Below are positions 9,414 through 21,626 of a stretch of 64,000 nucleotides of DNA, piece after piece. The DNA comes from Candidatus Zixiibacteriota bacterium. GTDB taxonomy: Bacteria > Zixibacteria > MSB-5A5 > DASWLN01. Under the pieces are notes generated by a model, which saw nothing but the letters and a program-made list of their open reading frames with translations, ran no database searches and was not told the origin of the DNA. The translations under genes were made by a program, and so were the position numbers. How positions within the stretch are numbered: the stretch's first letter is position 1; every line of letters starts with the position of its first letter. The stretch is from positions 72,204 through 136,203 of the forward strand of contig DASWLN010000168.1 of assembly GCA_036396115.1 (NCBI GenBank), in the 5' to 3' direction.

Positions 9414-9552
9414 CTCTGAAAAAGTGCAGCCGACAGGTCGGGCAAGGTGCCCGGCCTACGGAAAACCGATAACTTACGTTTCCGTAGGTGTGGACCATCC
9501 TGGTTCACACCGTAGGCGGGGCTCCCAGCCCCGCTAAAGGACTTTTTCAGAG
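9414..9552. repeat. 139-nt multi-hairpin domain closed by a 12-bp stem
   Basis: CTCTGAAAAAGT (9414-9425) pairs with ACTTTTTCAGAG (9541-9552). Inner stems are CCTACGGAAA/TTTCCGTAGG (10 bp) and GCGGGGC/GCCCCGC. Confidence 0.55.
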
Positions 9553-9674
9553 GTCTCTTTTTAATCCTTGACAATCCAGATTTTTGTTCTAATTTTAGAT
9601 TACATTAGATGGAAATCAAAGATAAAGGACTTGAATCCATTCGAGGCGACCCAGACGGGTCGCCTTCCTTTTTA

Positions 9675-9703
9675 GTTGACTTTAAGGCATAAGTTTTGTA
9701 ATA
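9675..9703 (+). promoter_or_regulatory. Sigma-70-type promoter for the kdsB-pyrG-kdsACD operon
   Basis: TTGACT-17 nt-TAATAT, 12 nt upstream of the kdsB ATG. Confidence 0.45.
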
Positions 9704-9715
9704 TAAAAAATTGAG

Positions 9716-12111
<2,396 letters not shown>

Positions 12112-12121
12112 AAAAGAAAAG

Positions 12122-12958
12122 TTGATGCCAGAAATAGCGCTTCGACAATATAATCTCAAAATCGGCAAAAATAATCCATTAGTCTTAATTGCCGGGCCGT
12201 GTGTGATTGAGTCAGAAAAGTTGGTTTTAAAGACTGCAGAGGAAATCAAGAGGATAACGGAAAAGCATAAAATTCCTTTCATTTTTAAATCCTCCTATTC
12301 TAAAGCCAATCGCCTGGATATTTCATCTTTTGCCGGTCCGGGATTGGATAAGGGTTTGGAAATTCTGAAAAAAGTCAAAGATAAAGTCGGAGTTCCGATT
12401 CTAACTGATATTCATCAGCCAGACGAAGCTGTGCCTGTTTCCCAAATAGCAGATATAATTCAAATCCCAGCATTTCTTTGTCGTCAAACTGATTTAATTT
12501 TAGCCGCAGCTAAAACCAAAAAGCCGGTGAATATAAAAAAGGGACAGTTTATGGCACCGGAGGATATGAAGCAGATTGCCGACAAAGTCGTTTCAACTGG
12601 AAATAAAAATATCCTCATCACCGAGAGAGGAACAACTTTCGGTTATCATAACTTAGTAGTGGATATGAGGTCTCTGGTAATCTTACGCAATTTGGGATAT
12701 CCGGTAATTTTCGACGCCACGCACAGCTTGCAACTTCCCGGACAAGAAGGGAAATCTTCCGGAGGCCAGCCGGAGTTCATTTTACCTATGGCAAGAGCAG
12801 CAGTGGCTTGTGGCATTGATGCTTTATTTGTAGAAACTCATCCGGATGTTGAAAAGGCATTATGCGATGGCAAAAATATGCTTCCTTTAGAAAAGTTAGA
12901 AAATCTAATAGTTCAGGTTTGGGAAATAGATAAACTCATAAAACAATTTGAAAAATAA
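12122..12958 (+). CDS. kdsA: 2-dehydro-3-deoxyphosphooctonate aldolase (Kdo8P synthase)
   Basis: LIAGPCVIES, FKSSYSKANR and QIPAFLCRQTDL motifs. Confidence 0.9.
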   Translation: MMPEIALRQYNLKIGKNNPLVLIAGPCVIESEKLVLKTAEEIKRITEKHKIPFIFKSSYSKANRLDISSFAGPGLDKGLEILKKVKDKVGVPILTDIHQPDEAVPVSQIADIIQIPAFLCRQTDLILAAAKTKKPVNIKKGQFMAPEDMKQIADKVVSTGNKNILITERGTTFGYHNLVVDMRSLVILRNLGYPVIFDATHSLQLPGQEGKSSGGQPEFILPMARAAVACGIDALFVETHPDVEKALCDGKNMLPLEKLENLIVQVWEIDKLIKQFEK

Positions 12959-13469
12959 GACTCTTTTTTCTAAATTCAAGAATATAAAACTCATCGTCTC
13001 GGATGTGGATGGGGTCTTAACGGATAATACCATTTATATCGATGATAATGGCACAGAATCCAAAAAGTTCTCCATTGCAGATGGAGTAGGGGCTTATTTG
13101 GCAAAAAAATTTGGACTGGAAATAGCCCTAATCTCTGCGAGAAAATCAAAGGCAACTGAGATTCGGGCAAAACAATTGAAGATAAAGTATGTTTTTTTGG
13201 GTAGGGAAGATAAGCTCAGGATTTACGAGAAGATTAAAAAAGATTTGAAATTAAGGGATAGCCAAATCGCTTACCTTGGGGATGATATAGTTGATATTCC
13301 GGTTCTAAAGAAAGCAGGAATCCCTATCTGCGTTAAGGATGCTTCGACTCTTATAAAAAAGTATGCAGATTACATCACCAAAGCAGAGGGTGGAAGAGGC
13401 GCCTTGCGCGAAGTGGTAGAAATGGTCCTTTTAAGCAAGAATAAAAATTTGACGGAGATTTTCAAATGA
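12948..13469 (+). CDS. kdsC: Kdo 8-phosphate phosphatase (HAD superfamily)
   Basis: SDVDGVLTD HAD motif I and YLGDD.VD motif. Sits between kdsA and kdsD. Confidence 0.85.
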   Translation: MKNKTLFSKFKNIKLIVSDVDGVLTDNTIYIDDNGTESKKFSIADGVGAYLAKKFGLEIALISARKSKATEIRAKQLKIKYVFLGREDKLRIYEKIKKDLKLRDSQIAYLGDDIVDIPVLKKAGIPICVKDASTLIKKYADYITKAEGGRGALREVVEMVLLSKNKNLTEIFK

Positions 13470-14425
13470 GTTTAAAAAAAGCCAGAGAGGTTATCCGTAA
13501 GGAAGCCAAAGCCATAGCTTCCTTAGAGGGAAAACTGACTAAGGAGTTCTCTCGAGCAGTGGATTTGATTTTAAATTGCCGGGGAAGAGTGATTGTAACC
13601 GGAATGGGTAAATCCGGCATTATCTGCAAAAAGATTGCCGCAACTTTGACCTCCACTGGCATTTCAGCCATATTTCTTCACCCGGCTGAAGGGATTCATG
13701 GCGATTTAGGATTAGTTCAAAAAAGCGACATTGTCATAGCCATCACCAAAAGTGGCGAAACAGATGAACTTTATCAGTTAATTCCTCTTTTTAAGAGATT
13801 GGGCGTGCCCATCATAACTCTTACTGGAAATACAAAATCACCTGTGGCAGAGAAAAGCGATGTGGTCATTGACGTATCCGTGGATGAGGAGGCTTGCCCC
13901 AATAATCTAATCCCTACCTCCAGCACCACTGCCGCCTTAGTGATGGGAGATGCCCTGGCTATGGCGCTTCTGGATAGAAGAGGTTTCAGCCTAGACGATT
14001 TTGCCCTTCTTCATCCTGGAGGAAATTTAGGCAAGAGATTGCTTCTGAAGGTAAGTGATATTATGCACACCGGGAATAAGGTGCCGATTGTAAATCAAGG
14101 GGCAAATATGAAAGAGGTTGTCTTGGAGATGACCTCCAAGAGGTTCGGCGCCACCACAGTGGTTAATAGCAAAAAAGAATTGGTAGGGATATTCACGGAT
14201 GGCGACCTTAGAAGGTTGATAGAGAAATCGGAGAACATATTTAAATTCAAAGCCAAGGAAGTGATAAATAAAAATCCCAAGACCATCCATGCGGAGGAAT
14301 TGGCTGCCAAAGCCCTAAACCAGATGGAACATTACAAGATCACCTGTTTAATCATAATAGATAAGAAAAGAAAACCGATTGGGATTGTGCATATGCACGA
14401 CCTTTTGGAAGCAGGCGTGGTATAA
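13466..14425 (+). CDS. kdsD: Arabinose-5-phosphate isomerase (SIS plus tandem CBS)
   Basis: SIS motif VTGMGKSG, then two CBS-like repeats at the C-terminus. Confidence 0.9.
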   Translation: MSLKKAREVIRKEAKAIASLEGKLTKEFSRAVDLILNCRGRVIVTGMGKSGIICKKIAATLTSTGISAIFLHPAEGIHGDLGLVQKSDIVIAITKSGETDELYQLIPLFKRLGVPIITLTGNTKSPVAEKSDVVIDVSVDEEACPNNLIPTSSTTAALVMGDALAMALLDRRGFSLDDFALLHPGGNLGKRLLLKVSDIMHTGNKVPIVNQGANMKEVVLEMTSKRFGATTVVNSKKELVGIFTDGDLRRLIEKSENIFKFKAKEVINKNPKTIHAEELAAKALNQMEHYKITCLIIIDKKRKPIGIVHMHDLLEAGVV

Positions 14426-14427
14426 TT

Positions 14428-14633
14428 TAATACAAACGCATTAAGTTCTGTTACATGGTAGGCAATATGCAATTATTTTTCAAATCCCCCTTGTTCCCCC
14501 TTTTTCAAAGGGGGAAGGGATTTTTCCCCTCTTTAGAAAAGAGGGGTTAAATGAAAACTTAAAAATTTGTTGCAAATTTTTAAGTTTTCATTAGGGGAGA
14601 TTTGACCAAGCTCGAATAAATGTGTTTGTATTA
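14428..14633 (+). repeat. MITE-like TIR element, copy B (subfamily 1, carries a 43-nt perfect palindrome)
   Basis: TIRs are TAATACAAACGCATT / AATGTGTTTGTATTA. Twin hairpins are present. The nested palindrome at 14550-14592 has 20-bp arms. Confidence 0.8.
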
Positions 14634-14649
14634 GTTTAACGATGCAGAT

Positions 14650-15567
14650 GTGAAAACAAGGATAATAAAAGGGATTAAAAATTGGCTGATTTATCAGTTT
14701 ATCCTTTTAGGAATTGCGCTTTTCAACCATCTTCCCCGAAAAACAGCCTTGAAATGCGGTTCCTTTTTGGGAAAAATGTGTTATTTTCTTATAGTCAAGG
14801 CAAGAAGACAAACCATAGAGAATTTGAAAATAGCTTTTAAGGAAAAAAATGAGGGTGAGGTAAAAAGATTAAGCTTAGAGGTCTTTGAAAATTTAGGCAA
14901 GAATGCAGTGGATGCCATCCGGCTAAAAAATGCAAGCTGGAATGAAGTAAGCCGGATAGTCGAAGTTGAAGGCATAGAGCACTTCGATAGAGCTTACAAG
15001 TTGGGGAAAGGGCTTGTTGCCCTGACAGGCCATATTGGAAATTTCGAGCTTATAGCAACCTATTTTGCCTTAGCCGGGTATAAAGTCTCAGTAATCGGAA
15101 GAGAGCTTTACGATAAAAGATTAGATAGGTTGTTGGTGGAGAATAGAGAAAAAGCAGGAATACAGAATATTCCCACAACTGCCCAAGCCAGAGAGGTGAT
15201 AAAAGCCTTAAAGTCCGGCAGGGCTTTAGGAATCCTAATTGACCAGGATTCCTTCAGGGTAAGAGGAATATTTGTCGATTTCTTTGGCAGACCGGCTAAG
15301 ACTCCGATTGGACCAATTCTTTTAACTCAAAGAACCGGCTCCCCCATTGTGCCTCTTGCCATAGTAAGGAAAGAGGATGATAATTATAAGATGATAATTC
15401 GAGAGGAGATAAAAACAGAAACTCCAGAGGATAAAGAGAAAGGACTGATGGAGTTAACCCAGAAGGGAACTAAGTTCTTGGAAGAGATCATAAGAGAATA
15501 TCCTGACCAATGGGTGTGGATGCACAATCGCTGGGCAAGCCAGCCAAAGGATGAAACATTTGATTAA
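14650..15567 (+). CDS. Lipid A biosynthesis late acyltransferase (LpxL/HtrB family)
   Basis: N-terminal TM segment, HIGNFE acyltransferase motif, and C-terminal YPDQWVWMHNRW typical of the LpxL/LpxM family. Confidence 0.8.
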   Translation: MKTRIIKGIKNWLIYQFILLGIALFNHLPRKTALKCGSFLGKMCYFLIVKARRQTIENLKIAFKEKNEGEVKRLSLEVFENLGKNAVDAIRLKNASWNEVSRIVEVEGIEHFDRAYKLGKGLVALTGHIGNFELIATYFALAGYKVSVIGRELYDKRLDRLLVENREKAGIQNIPTTAQAREVIKALKSGRALGILIDQDSFRVRGIFVDFFGRPAKTPIGPILLTQRTGSPIVPLAIVRKEDDNYKMIIREEIKTETPEDKEKGLMELTQKGTKFLEEIIREYPDQWVWMHNRWASQPKDETFD

Positions 15568-16105
15568 GAAAAGGATTTTCCTCTTTCTTGTATTTTCTTT
15601 AACTTTCTTTTTCTGTTGCAGTCAGGAGGAAGAAAAGAAGTCTCCCACTCTGGCAGATGTTCCGGATCAAGTGGTGGAGAAAACACAAATGGTTTTCACG
15701 GTGGATGGAGTAAGATCAACTGTCATTGGTGCGGATTACGTAGTCAAATATGAAAGAAAGGATTTGACCTTAGCCAAGAAAGTGCATGTTGATTTTTTTG
15801 ATAAGGAAGGAAAACATACCTCAATTATGGATGCGGACAGTGGCATCATAAAGGAGAAAAGGCAGGAATTGGAGGCTCTGGGGAATGTGGTGGTCATCTC
15901 GGATAATGGGGTAAAACTGGAGACTGAAAGCTTAAGATGGGACCCTCGAAAACAAAAGGTGATAACCGACGATTTTGTCAAAGTCACCAAAGAGGGAGAT
16001 GTGATTTACGGATATGGGTTGGAAGCGGATCAGAAGCTGGAGAACTTTCAGATAAAAAAGAGGGTTAAAGGAACAATCAAAAAGGTGCCGGAAGGTGAAC
16101 TATAG
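15551..16105 (+). CDS. lptC: LptC-like LPS export protein (lipoprotein-type N-terminus)
   Basis: 184 aa, membrane or lipid anchor (FFFCCS), OstA-like beta-rich sequence, located immediately upstream of lptB. Confidence 0.65.
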   Translation: MKHLIKKRIFLFLVFSLTFFFCCSQEEEKKSPTLADVPDQVVEKTQMVFTVDGVRSTVIGADYVVKYERKDLTLAKKVHVDFFDKEGKHTSIMDADSGIIKEKRQELEALGNVVVISDNGVKLETESLRWDPRKQKVITDDFVKVTKEGDVIYGYGLEADQKLENFQIKKRVKGTIKKVPEGEL

Positions 16106-16838
16106 TCTAGACAAAGATGCTTTAAGGGCAGAGAATTTAGTCAAGGTTTATCATAAGCGAAAAGTAGTCAGTGGCGTCTCAATTGAGGTCAGGCCAAGAG
16201 AGATAGTTGGGCTTTTGGGGCCAAACGGAGCTGGCAAGACCACTACCTTCTACATGATAATTGGGTTTGTACGCCCGAATTCGGGGAAGGTCTTGATTGG
16301 AGAGGAAGAGTTAACCTCCTTGCCGATGTATAAGCGGGCACAAAAGGGAATCGGCTATCTTTCGCAGGAGCCATCTGTTTTTAGAAAGTTGACCGTGGAA
16401 GAGAACATAATGGCTATTCTGGAGATGCAGAAGATATCCAAAAAGGAAAGAAAGGAAAAACTCAAATCCCTTTTAGGGGAATTAGGCATCGCGCATTTGG
16501 CTAAGAGCAAGGCCTACACTCTATCCGGTGGGGAAAGACGGAGAGTGGAGATAACCCGTGCTTTGGTCACCCAGCCCAAGTTCATGCTTTTGGATGAGCC
16601 GTTTGCGGGAATAGATCCGATCGCAGTAGAGGATATACAGAAAATCATTTTTGAGTTAAAGCAAAAGGGATTAGGGATATTGGTTACCGATCATAATGTG
16701 AGAGAGACTCTCTCCGTTACGGATAGAGCATATATAATGTGTGATGGTGAGATCCTGAAGTCCGGGACCTCTGAATTTCTGGCTTCCGACCCTGAAGCCA
16801 GAAAGATTTATCTGGGAGAAAGATTCAAGCTAAACTAA
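16095..16838 (+). CDS. lptB: LPS export ABC transporter ATP-binding protein
   Basis: Walker [10 protein letters not shown], signature LSGGERRR, Walker B LLDEPFAG. Sits upstream of rpoN. Confidence 0.9.
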   Translation: MNYSLDKDALRAENLVKVYHKRKVVSGVSIEVRPREIVGLLGPNGAGKTTTFYMIIGFVRPNSGKVLIGEEELTSLPMYKRAQKGIGYLSQEPSVFRKLTVEENIMAILEMQKISKKERKEKLKSLLGELGIAHLAKSKAYTLSGGERRRVEITRALVTQPKFMLLDEPFAGIDPIAVEDIQKIIFELKQKGLGILVTDHNVRETLSVTDRAYIMCDGEILKSGTSEFLASDPEARKIYLGERFKLN

Positions 16839-16898
16839 GATTTAACGCTTTCCGATACCTTTAAATAGAGGAGAAACCTTTAATTATCTTATAAAGAT

Positions 16899-18323
16899 AT
16901 GAAACTTGAACTCCAAATGAGACTTCAGCAGACTCTTGCTCCTCAGCTGATACAATCCCTGAAGATGCTGCAGATGCCAATCCTGCGTCTGGAGCAGATC
17001 TTAAGACAGGAGTTAGCCATCAACCCTCTATTGGAGGAAATGGATTGTGATGAAGAGGAGGAGGCGCCTTCAACAGATGAGGAGGAAGTTGACCCCAACC
17101 TAAACAAGATTGATTGGGATGAATACCTGGGAGATGACCACGAATTCAGGGTGAAGCCTCAGAGAGAAGAGTCGGAGGATAGATTAGAAAGGGTCTCGGT
17201 CTTGGAGAAGACCCTATATGACCACTTAATAGAGCAACTCAGTTTCAGTAAACTGACTCCGGAGGAATATGAGATAGGGGAATACATCATCGGAAATATT
17301 GACGATAGTGGTTATCTCAGTTGCTCTCTGGAGGAGATAGTCGATTCCCTTAAGGGCGATCCTGCTCTCACCGAAAAAATGTTGGGGATAATCCAAACAT
17401 TCGACCCGCTGGGAGTGGGAGCACGCAATCTGAGGGAATCGCTTTTGATTCAATTAAGGGAAAGGGGACTGGAGGGAAGTTTGGCTTACCGTATTGTAGA
17501 TGAATACTTAAGCGACTTAGATAAAAAGAGCCATTCGCAATTAGCCAAAAACTTAGGGGTTAGTTTTGAAGAGGTTCAGGAGGCGATGGATCTGATTCGC
17601 ACCCTCTCCCCCAAGCCAACTATGGGAAGGTTCAGTCCGGGAGCTACCCCGGTTATTCCGGACCTGATTGTAGAGCGGGTAGGAGATGGATATGCGATTT
17701 TTCACAACGACCGGAATGTCCCACGCTTGAGGATTAATCCCATTTACAAAGAGTTGATAAGAAAGCAGAGCACCAGTTCACCCGAGGAGAAAAAATATGT
17801 TAAGGAGAAGCTGGAGCAAGCCAGGTGGTTTCTGAATGCCATAAATCAAAGACGCTCCACTATGATTAGAGTGATGGAGACGGTGGTGGAGGAGCAGAAG
17901 GACTTCTTTGAACATGGTATGTCTCACCTTAGGCCCCTGACCATGCAAGCCGTTGCGGAGAAGTTGGGGTTGAATGTGGCTACCATATCGCGCGTGGCTA
18001 ATGATAAGTATGTGCAAACCCCTCAGGGCGTTTTCCAGCTAAGATATTTCTTTAATACCGGCGTGCAAAAACAGGATGGCGAGGAACTGTCCCGGCTTAA
18101 TGTTAAACAGATGCTGGAAGAGATAATTAAAAAGGAAGACCCCCTTCAACCTTTATCCGATCAGGAGATTTATACTCGTCTAAAGGAAAAAGGGCTCAAT
18201 ATCGCTCGTCGCACCGTGACCAAATACCGAGAAGAACTGAAGATACTCCCGGCGAGATTTCGTAAACGAATGGTAAAGGAGAAACTAGAAAACCCCTCGA
18301 GTCTTGAGCTAGAAGAGCAATGA
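16899..18323 (+). CDS. rpoN: RNA polymerase sigma-54 factor
   Basis: N-terminal MKLELQMRLQQTLAPQL, acidic region II, C-terminal RpoN box ARRTVTKYRE. Confidence 0.95.
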   Translation: MKLELQMRLQQTLAPQLIQSLKMLQMPILRLEQILRQELAINPLLEEMDCDEEEEAPSTDEEEVDPNLNKIDWDEYLGDDHEFRVKPQREESEDRLERVSVLEKTLYDHLIEQLSFSKLTPEEYEIGEYIIGNIDDSGYLSCSLEEIVDSLKGDPALTEKMLGIIQTFDPLGVGARNLRESLLIQLRERGLEGSLAYRIVDEYLSDLDKKSHSQLAKNLGVSFEEVQEAMDLIRTLSPKPTMGRFSPGATPVIPDLIVERVGDGYAIFHNDRNVPRLRINPIYKELIRKQSTSSPEEKKYVKEKLEQARWFLNAINQRRSTMIRVMETVVEEQKDFFEHGMSHLRPLTMQAVAEKLGLNVATISRVANDKYVQTPQGVFQLRYFFNTGVQKQDGEELSRLNVKQMLEEIIKKEDPLQPLSDQEIYTRLKEKGLNIARRTVTKYREELKILPARFRKRMVKEKLENPSSLELEEQ

Positions 18324-18409
18324 TGCTCAAATTTACGTTATTTAGGCCTTATCCCCTCCAACCACTGAAAGTCAGTTTGCCATAAAGACGACATCACAGG
18401 AGGTGATGT

Positions 18410-19366
18410 ATGGAAAGAAATTTGGCTTTGGAGTTCGTGCGAGTTACTGAAGCGGCTGCCTTGGAATGTGCTCGCTGGATGGGGAAAGGCGATTCTAATT
18501 CAGCAGATGAAGCGGCAGTCAGAGCTATGCGCAAGATGTTCAACTCGGTGGATATTGATGGGACGGTAGTCATTGGTGAGGGGGAAAGGGATAAGGCTCC
18601 CATGCTCTATATTGGGGAGAAGGTGGGAACGGGAAAACCTCCGAAAGTGGATATCGCCTTAGACCCTCTGGAATGCACCAACAGCGTTGCCTGTGGAAGG
18701 TGGAATGCCCTGTCGGTCATTGCCGTTACTGAAAGTGGTAATTTTCTTCATGCGCCGGATACTTATATGGAGAAAATAGCAGTTGGGCCCGAAGCTAAAG
18801 AAGCGATTGACCTTAACTTAAGCCCGGAGGAGAACTTAAAAAGGGTTGCCGAGGTTCTGGACTATCACATTGAGGATATCACCGTGGCGATTTTGGATAG
18901 ACCCCGGCACGAGGATCTGGTTAAAAGGGTGCGGAAAGCCGGCGCGAGAATTCAGCTGATTTCAGATGGGGATGTTTCCGCGGCCATCGCCACTGCCTTA
19001 CCGGATACCGGGGTGGATGTTCTGATGGGAATCGGTGGTGCTCCGGAGGGAGTGATAGCAGCAGCAGCACTGAGATGTGTGGGCGGAGGAATGCAGGCTC
19101 GACTGGTCCCACGGAATGAAGAGGAGGAACGAAGAGCCAAGAAGATGGGCGTAAAAGACATAAACAAGATTTTTCGGGAAGATGAGTTAGCTGGGGGGAA
19201 GAACATTATGTTCGCTGCAACTGGAGTTACTGACGGGGATATGCTCAAAGGGGTTAGATTCTTTGGAGGGGGAGCTTATACTCACTCCATTGTTATGCGC
19301 TCCAAGTCAGGAACCATTCGTTTCATCGAGACCACTCACTTTTTCGACCGTAAACCCAAATACTAG
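18410..19366 (+). CDS. glpX: Class II fructose-1,6-bisphosphatase
   Basis: GlpX-type sequence (LEFVRVTEAAA, DIALDPLECTN, GIGGAPEGV). Confidence 0.9.
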   Translation: MERNLALEFVRVTEAAALECARWMGKGDSNSADEAAVRAMRKMFNSVDIDGTVVIGEGERDKAPMLYIGEKVGTGKPPKVDIALDPLECTNSVACGRWNALSVIAVTESGNFLHAPDTYMEKIAVGPEAKEAIDLNLSPEENLKRVAEVLDYHIEDITVAILDRPRHEDLVKRVRKAGARIQLISDGDVSAAIATALPDTGVDVLMGIGGAPEGVIAAAALRCVGGGMQARLVPRNEEEERRAKKMGVKDINKIFREDELAGGKNIMFAATGVTDGDMLKGVRFFGGGAYTHSIVMRSKSGTIRFIETTHFFDRKPKY

Positions 19367-19383
19367 CCGAAAAGGAGATAAAG

Positions 19384-19755
19384 ATGGAGACCAGAATTAC
19401 CGCTCGACACTTCGATTTGACCCCTGAACTGAAAGAGTTCTGCGAGAAACAGATCAGTCGACTGGAGAGATATTTCGACCATATCATCGACTGTCACCTT
19501 ATCTTGGATTTGGAGAAATCGAGAATGACGGCCGAGCTTAAACTTAAAGTCCATGGCACGGCCTTAAATAGCAAGGAGAGCTCCTTTGATATGCACATTT
19601 CAGTGGAGAAGGTCCTGAGCAAGATAGAGGTTCAGTTGAAAAAATACAAAGCCAAGTTGAAGGATAAGAAGCCGAGAAAGACCAAAGCGATTAAGCAGGA
19701 GCTGAACGCCAAGGCCCTGGCCTGTGAGCTCGAAGAAGAAAGACCATCTTTCTGA
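19384..19755 (+). CDS. hpf: Ribosome hibernation promoting factor (sigma-54 modulation protein family)
   Basis: ITARHFDLTPELKEF start typical of HPF/RaiA. Position downstream of rpoN. Confidence 0.85.
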   Translation: METRITARHFDLTPELKEFCEKQISRLERYFDHIIDCHLILDLEKSRMTAELKLKVHGTALNSKESSFDMHISVEKVLSKIEVQLKKYKAKLKDKKPRKTKAIKQELNAKALACELEEERPSF

Positions 19756-19768
19756 GGGAGGACTTAGC

Positions 19769-20737
19769 GTGGAAACGATAACCGTAGAGAAGATGTACCA
19801 GGAGAGGAAAGAGCATCTGGAGTTGGCTTTGCTCACCAATTCGGATGGTCTTTCAAAGAGGATCCGCAACAACGAGATTCATCGTCCGGGACTGGCTCTG
19901 GCTGGCTTCATTGACAGGTTTGCACATAATCGCACGCAGGTTTTGGGTGAAACCGAAATGGCCTATATCCAAAGCCAGGATGAGAAAAATAAAAGGCAGA
20001 CCCTGGAGAGTTTCTTCAGGTTCGATATGCCTTGTGTAGTAATCACCAAGGGAATTAATCCTCCAGTAGAATTGATTCAGATAGCCAATCAGAATGTGAC
20101 TTCGGTCTTTCAAACCCGGCTCTCCACCACGGAATTCATCACCCGTTTGAGCGTCTATCTGGATAACCTATTCGCCCCGCACATAACCATTCACGGGACT
20201 CTGGTGGATATCTATGGAGTGGGTTTGCTTTACACTGGAAAAAGCGGCATAGGGAAAAGCGAGTGCGCCTTGGATCTGGTGGAAAGGGGACATCGTTTAG
20301 TGGCGGACGATGTGGTTAAGGTCATCAAGAAAGCTCCGCATGTCATCGTTGGCACAGGAAGTGAGCTTCTGGGACATCATATGGAGGTGAGAGGAATCGG
20401 GATCATAGACTTAGAGAAGCTTTTTGGAATCAGAGCCATACGCGTTCAGAAAAGAATCGAGGTGGAGGTGAGATTAGTCCTATGGGAAGATGAAGAGGAA
20501 TACGAACGCTTAGGAATTGAGGATAAATTTACCACTGTCTTGGGAGTGGAGATGCCAGTGGTGACCATTCCAGTATCTCCAGGGAAAAATATCACCGTTA
20601 TCTCCGAAGTTATCGCTATGAACCATATGCTCAAAGTCTATGGTCAGGACATAGCCAAAGCATTTTCCCGCAGGCTAAGCGACGAGATATACCGTAAGAA
20701 GATGTCCAACGAATACTTAGAGAGCGACACGGAGTAA
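19769..20737 (+). CDS. hprK: HPr kinase/phosphorylase
   Basis: P-loop GKSGIGKSE and LVADD motif. The GTG start at 19769 follows GGAGGA. The ORF-track start at 19724 overlaps hpf. Confidence 0.9.
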   Translation: METITVEKMYQERKEHLELALLTNSDGLSKRIRNNEIHRPGLALAGFIDRFAHNRTQVLGETEMAYIQSQDEKNKRQTLESFFRFDMPCVVITKGINPPVELIQIANQNVTSVFQTRLSTTEFITRLSVYLDNLFAPHITIHGTLVDIYGVGLLYTGKSGIGKSECALDLVERGHRLVADDVVKVIKKAPHVIVGTGSELLGHHMEVRGIGIIDLEKLFGIRAIRVQKRIEVEVRLVLWEDEEEYERLGIEDKFTTVLGVEMPVVTIPVSPGKNITVISEVIAMNHMLKVYGQDIAKAFSRRLSDEIYRKKMSNEYLESDTE

Positions 20738-20742
20738 AAAGG

Positions 20743-21123
20743 ATGTTCGACTGCATAATCCTGACACATGGAAACTTGGCGACCTCCTTGAAGGATACGG
20801 TGGAACAGATGATGGGCAAGCAAGTGGGGATGATGATCATATCCAATCAAGGAAAAGACCCTGAAGGATTGCTCTCCAAGTTAGAGGAGCTTGTTTCAAA
20901 AAGCAGATCCAAAGAACTCTTCCTCTTTGTTGATCTTTATGGTGGCAGTTGTTGGCAGGTGGCAAAGAAATTCAGCTCGAAAAGAGGGGATGTGGTTCTG
21001 ATAACCGGGGTGAACCTGCCGATGTTAGTGCAATTCTTAAGCAAGAGAGAGAAGTTGGACAAATTTGAATTGTTGGAGAAAGTGGTGGAAAGCGGTAAGG
21101 GTGGAATCGTAACCGAGTTTTAA
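20743..21123 (+). CDS. PTS EIIA component, mannose/fructose/sorbose family
   Basis: IILTHGNLA active-site His region. 126 aa. Confidence 0.8.
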   Translation: MFDCIILTHGNLATSLKDTVEQMMGKQVGMMIISNQGKDPEGLLSKLEELVSKSRSKELFLFVDLYGGSCWQVAKKFSSKRGDVVLITGVNLPMLVQFLSKREKLDKFELLEKVVESGKGGIVTEF

Positions 21124-21129
21124 CGCCCG

Positions 21130-21612
21130 ATGATCTTCTTTAGATTAGATGAACGTTTGATACATGGGCAGGTGGTGACCGGGTGGGCTAACGCCTTAAA
21201 GCTCGACAGGATAATTTTAGCTAATGACCAGGCGGCAAGAAATCCCTGGGAAAGAGAGCTATATCTGGCTTGCCTTCCTCCAGAAATAGAGGGTTCGATT
21301 CTGACCGTGGAGGAAGCCACTAAATACCTATCCAATGGGGAATTCAAGAATAGAAAAATGATATTGATAGTCAACTCCCCTGCCGATATTCTTAAAATGA
21401 AAGAGGGGGGAATCCAGATTACTGAGTTAAACATAGGAGGGATGTATCAAAAGCAGGGGCGGATACAGATTCTCCCTTATCTCCATCTATCTTTAGAGGA
21501 GATAGCTGATTTAAAGAAGTTGTTCAGTCAGAATGTTAAGTGCATTTGTTTGGATGTGCCTCTAGGAGAGAAAAGAAATCTAAAAGAGCTTTTCGGAAAA
21601 TTAAACCTTTAA
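21130..21612 (+). CDS. PTS EIIB component, mannose/sorbose family
   Basis: RLDERLIHGQV active-site His motif. 160 aa. No EIIC/EIID genes follow. Confidence 0.8.
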   Translation: MIFFRLDERLIHGQVVTGWANALKLDRIILANDQAARNPWERELYLACLPPEIEGSILTVEEATKYLSNGEFKNRKMILIVNSPADILKMKEGGIQITELNIGGMYQKQGRIQILPYLHLSLEEIADLKKLFSQNVKCICLDVPLGEKRNLKELFGKLNL

Positions 21613-21626
21613 GAGGGTTGTTACTA

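Noticed and set aside
20743-21612. Interpretation as a functional mannose-type sugar PTS transporter.
   Set aside because: No EIIC/EIID membrane components follow. The next gene is an MCE-domain protein. Only soluble phosphocarrier domains are present.
21540-21626. Upstream start for the MlaD-like ORF, as given in the ORF track (21540).
   Set aside because: That extension overlaps the 3-prime end of the EIIB gene and encodes non-homologous sequence. ATG 21627 directly precedes the expected TM segment and MCE domain.
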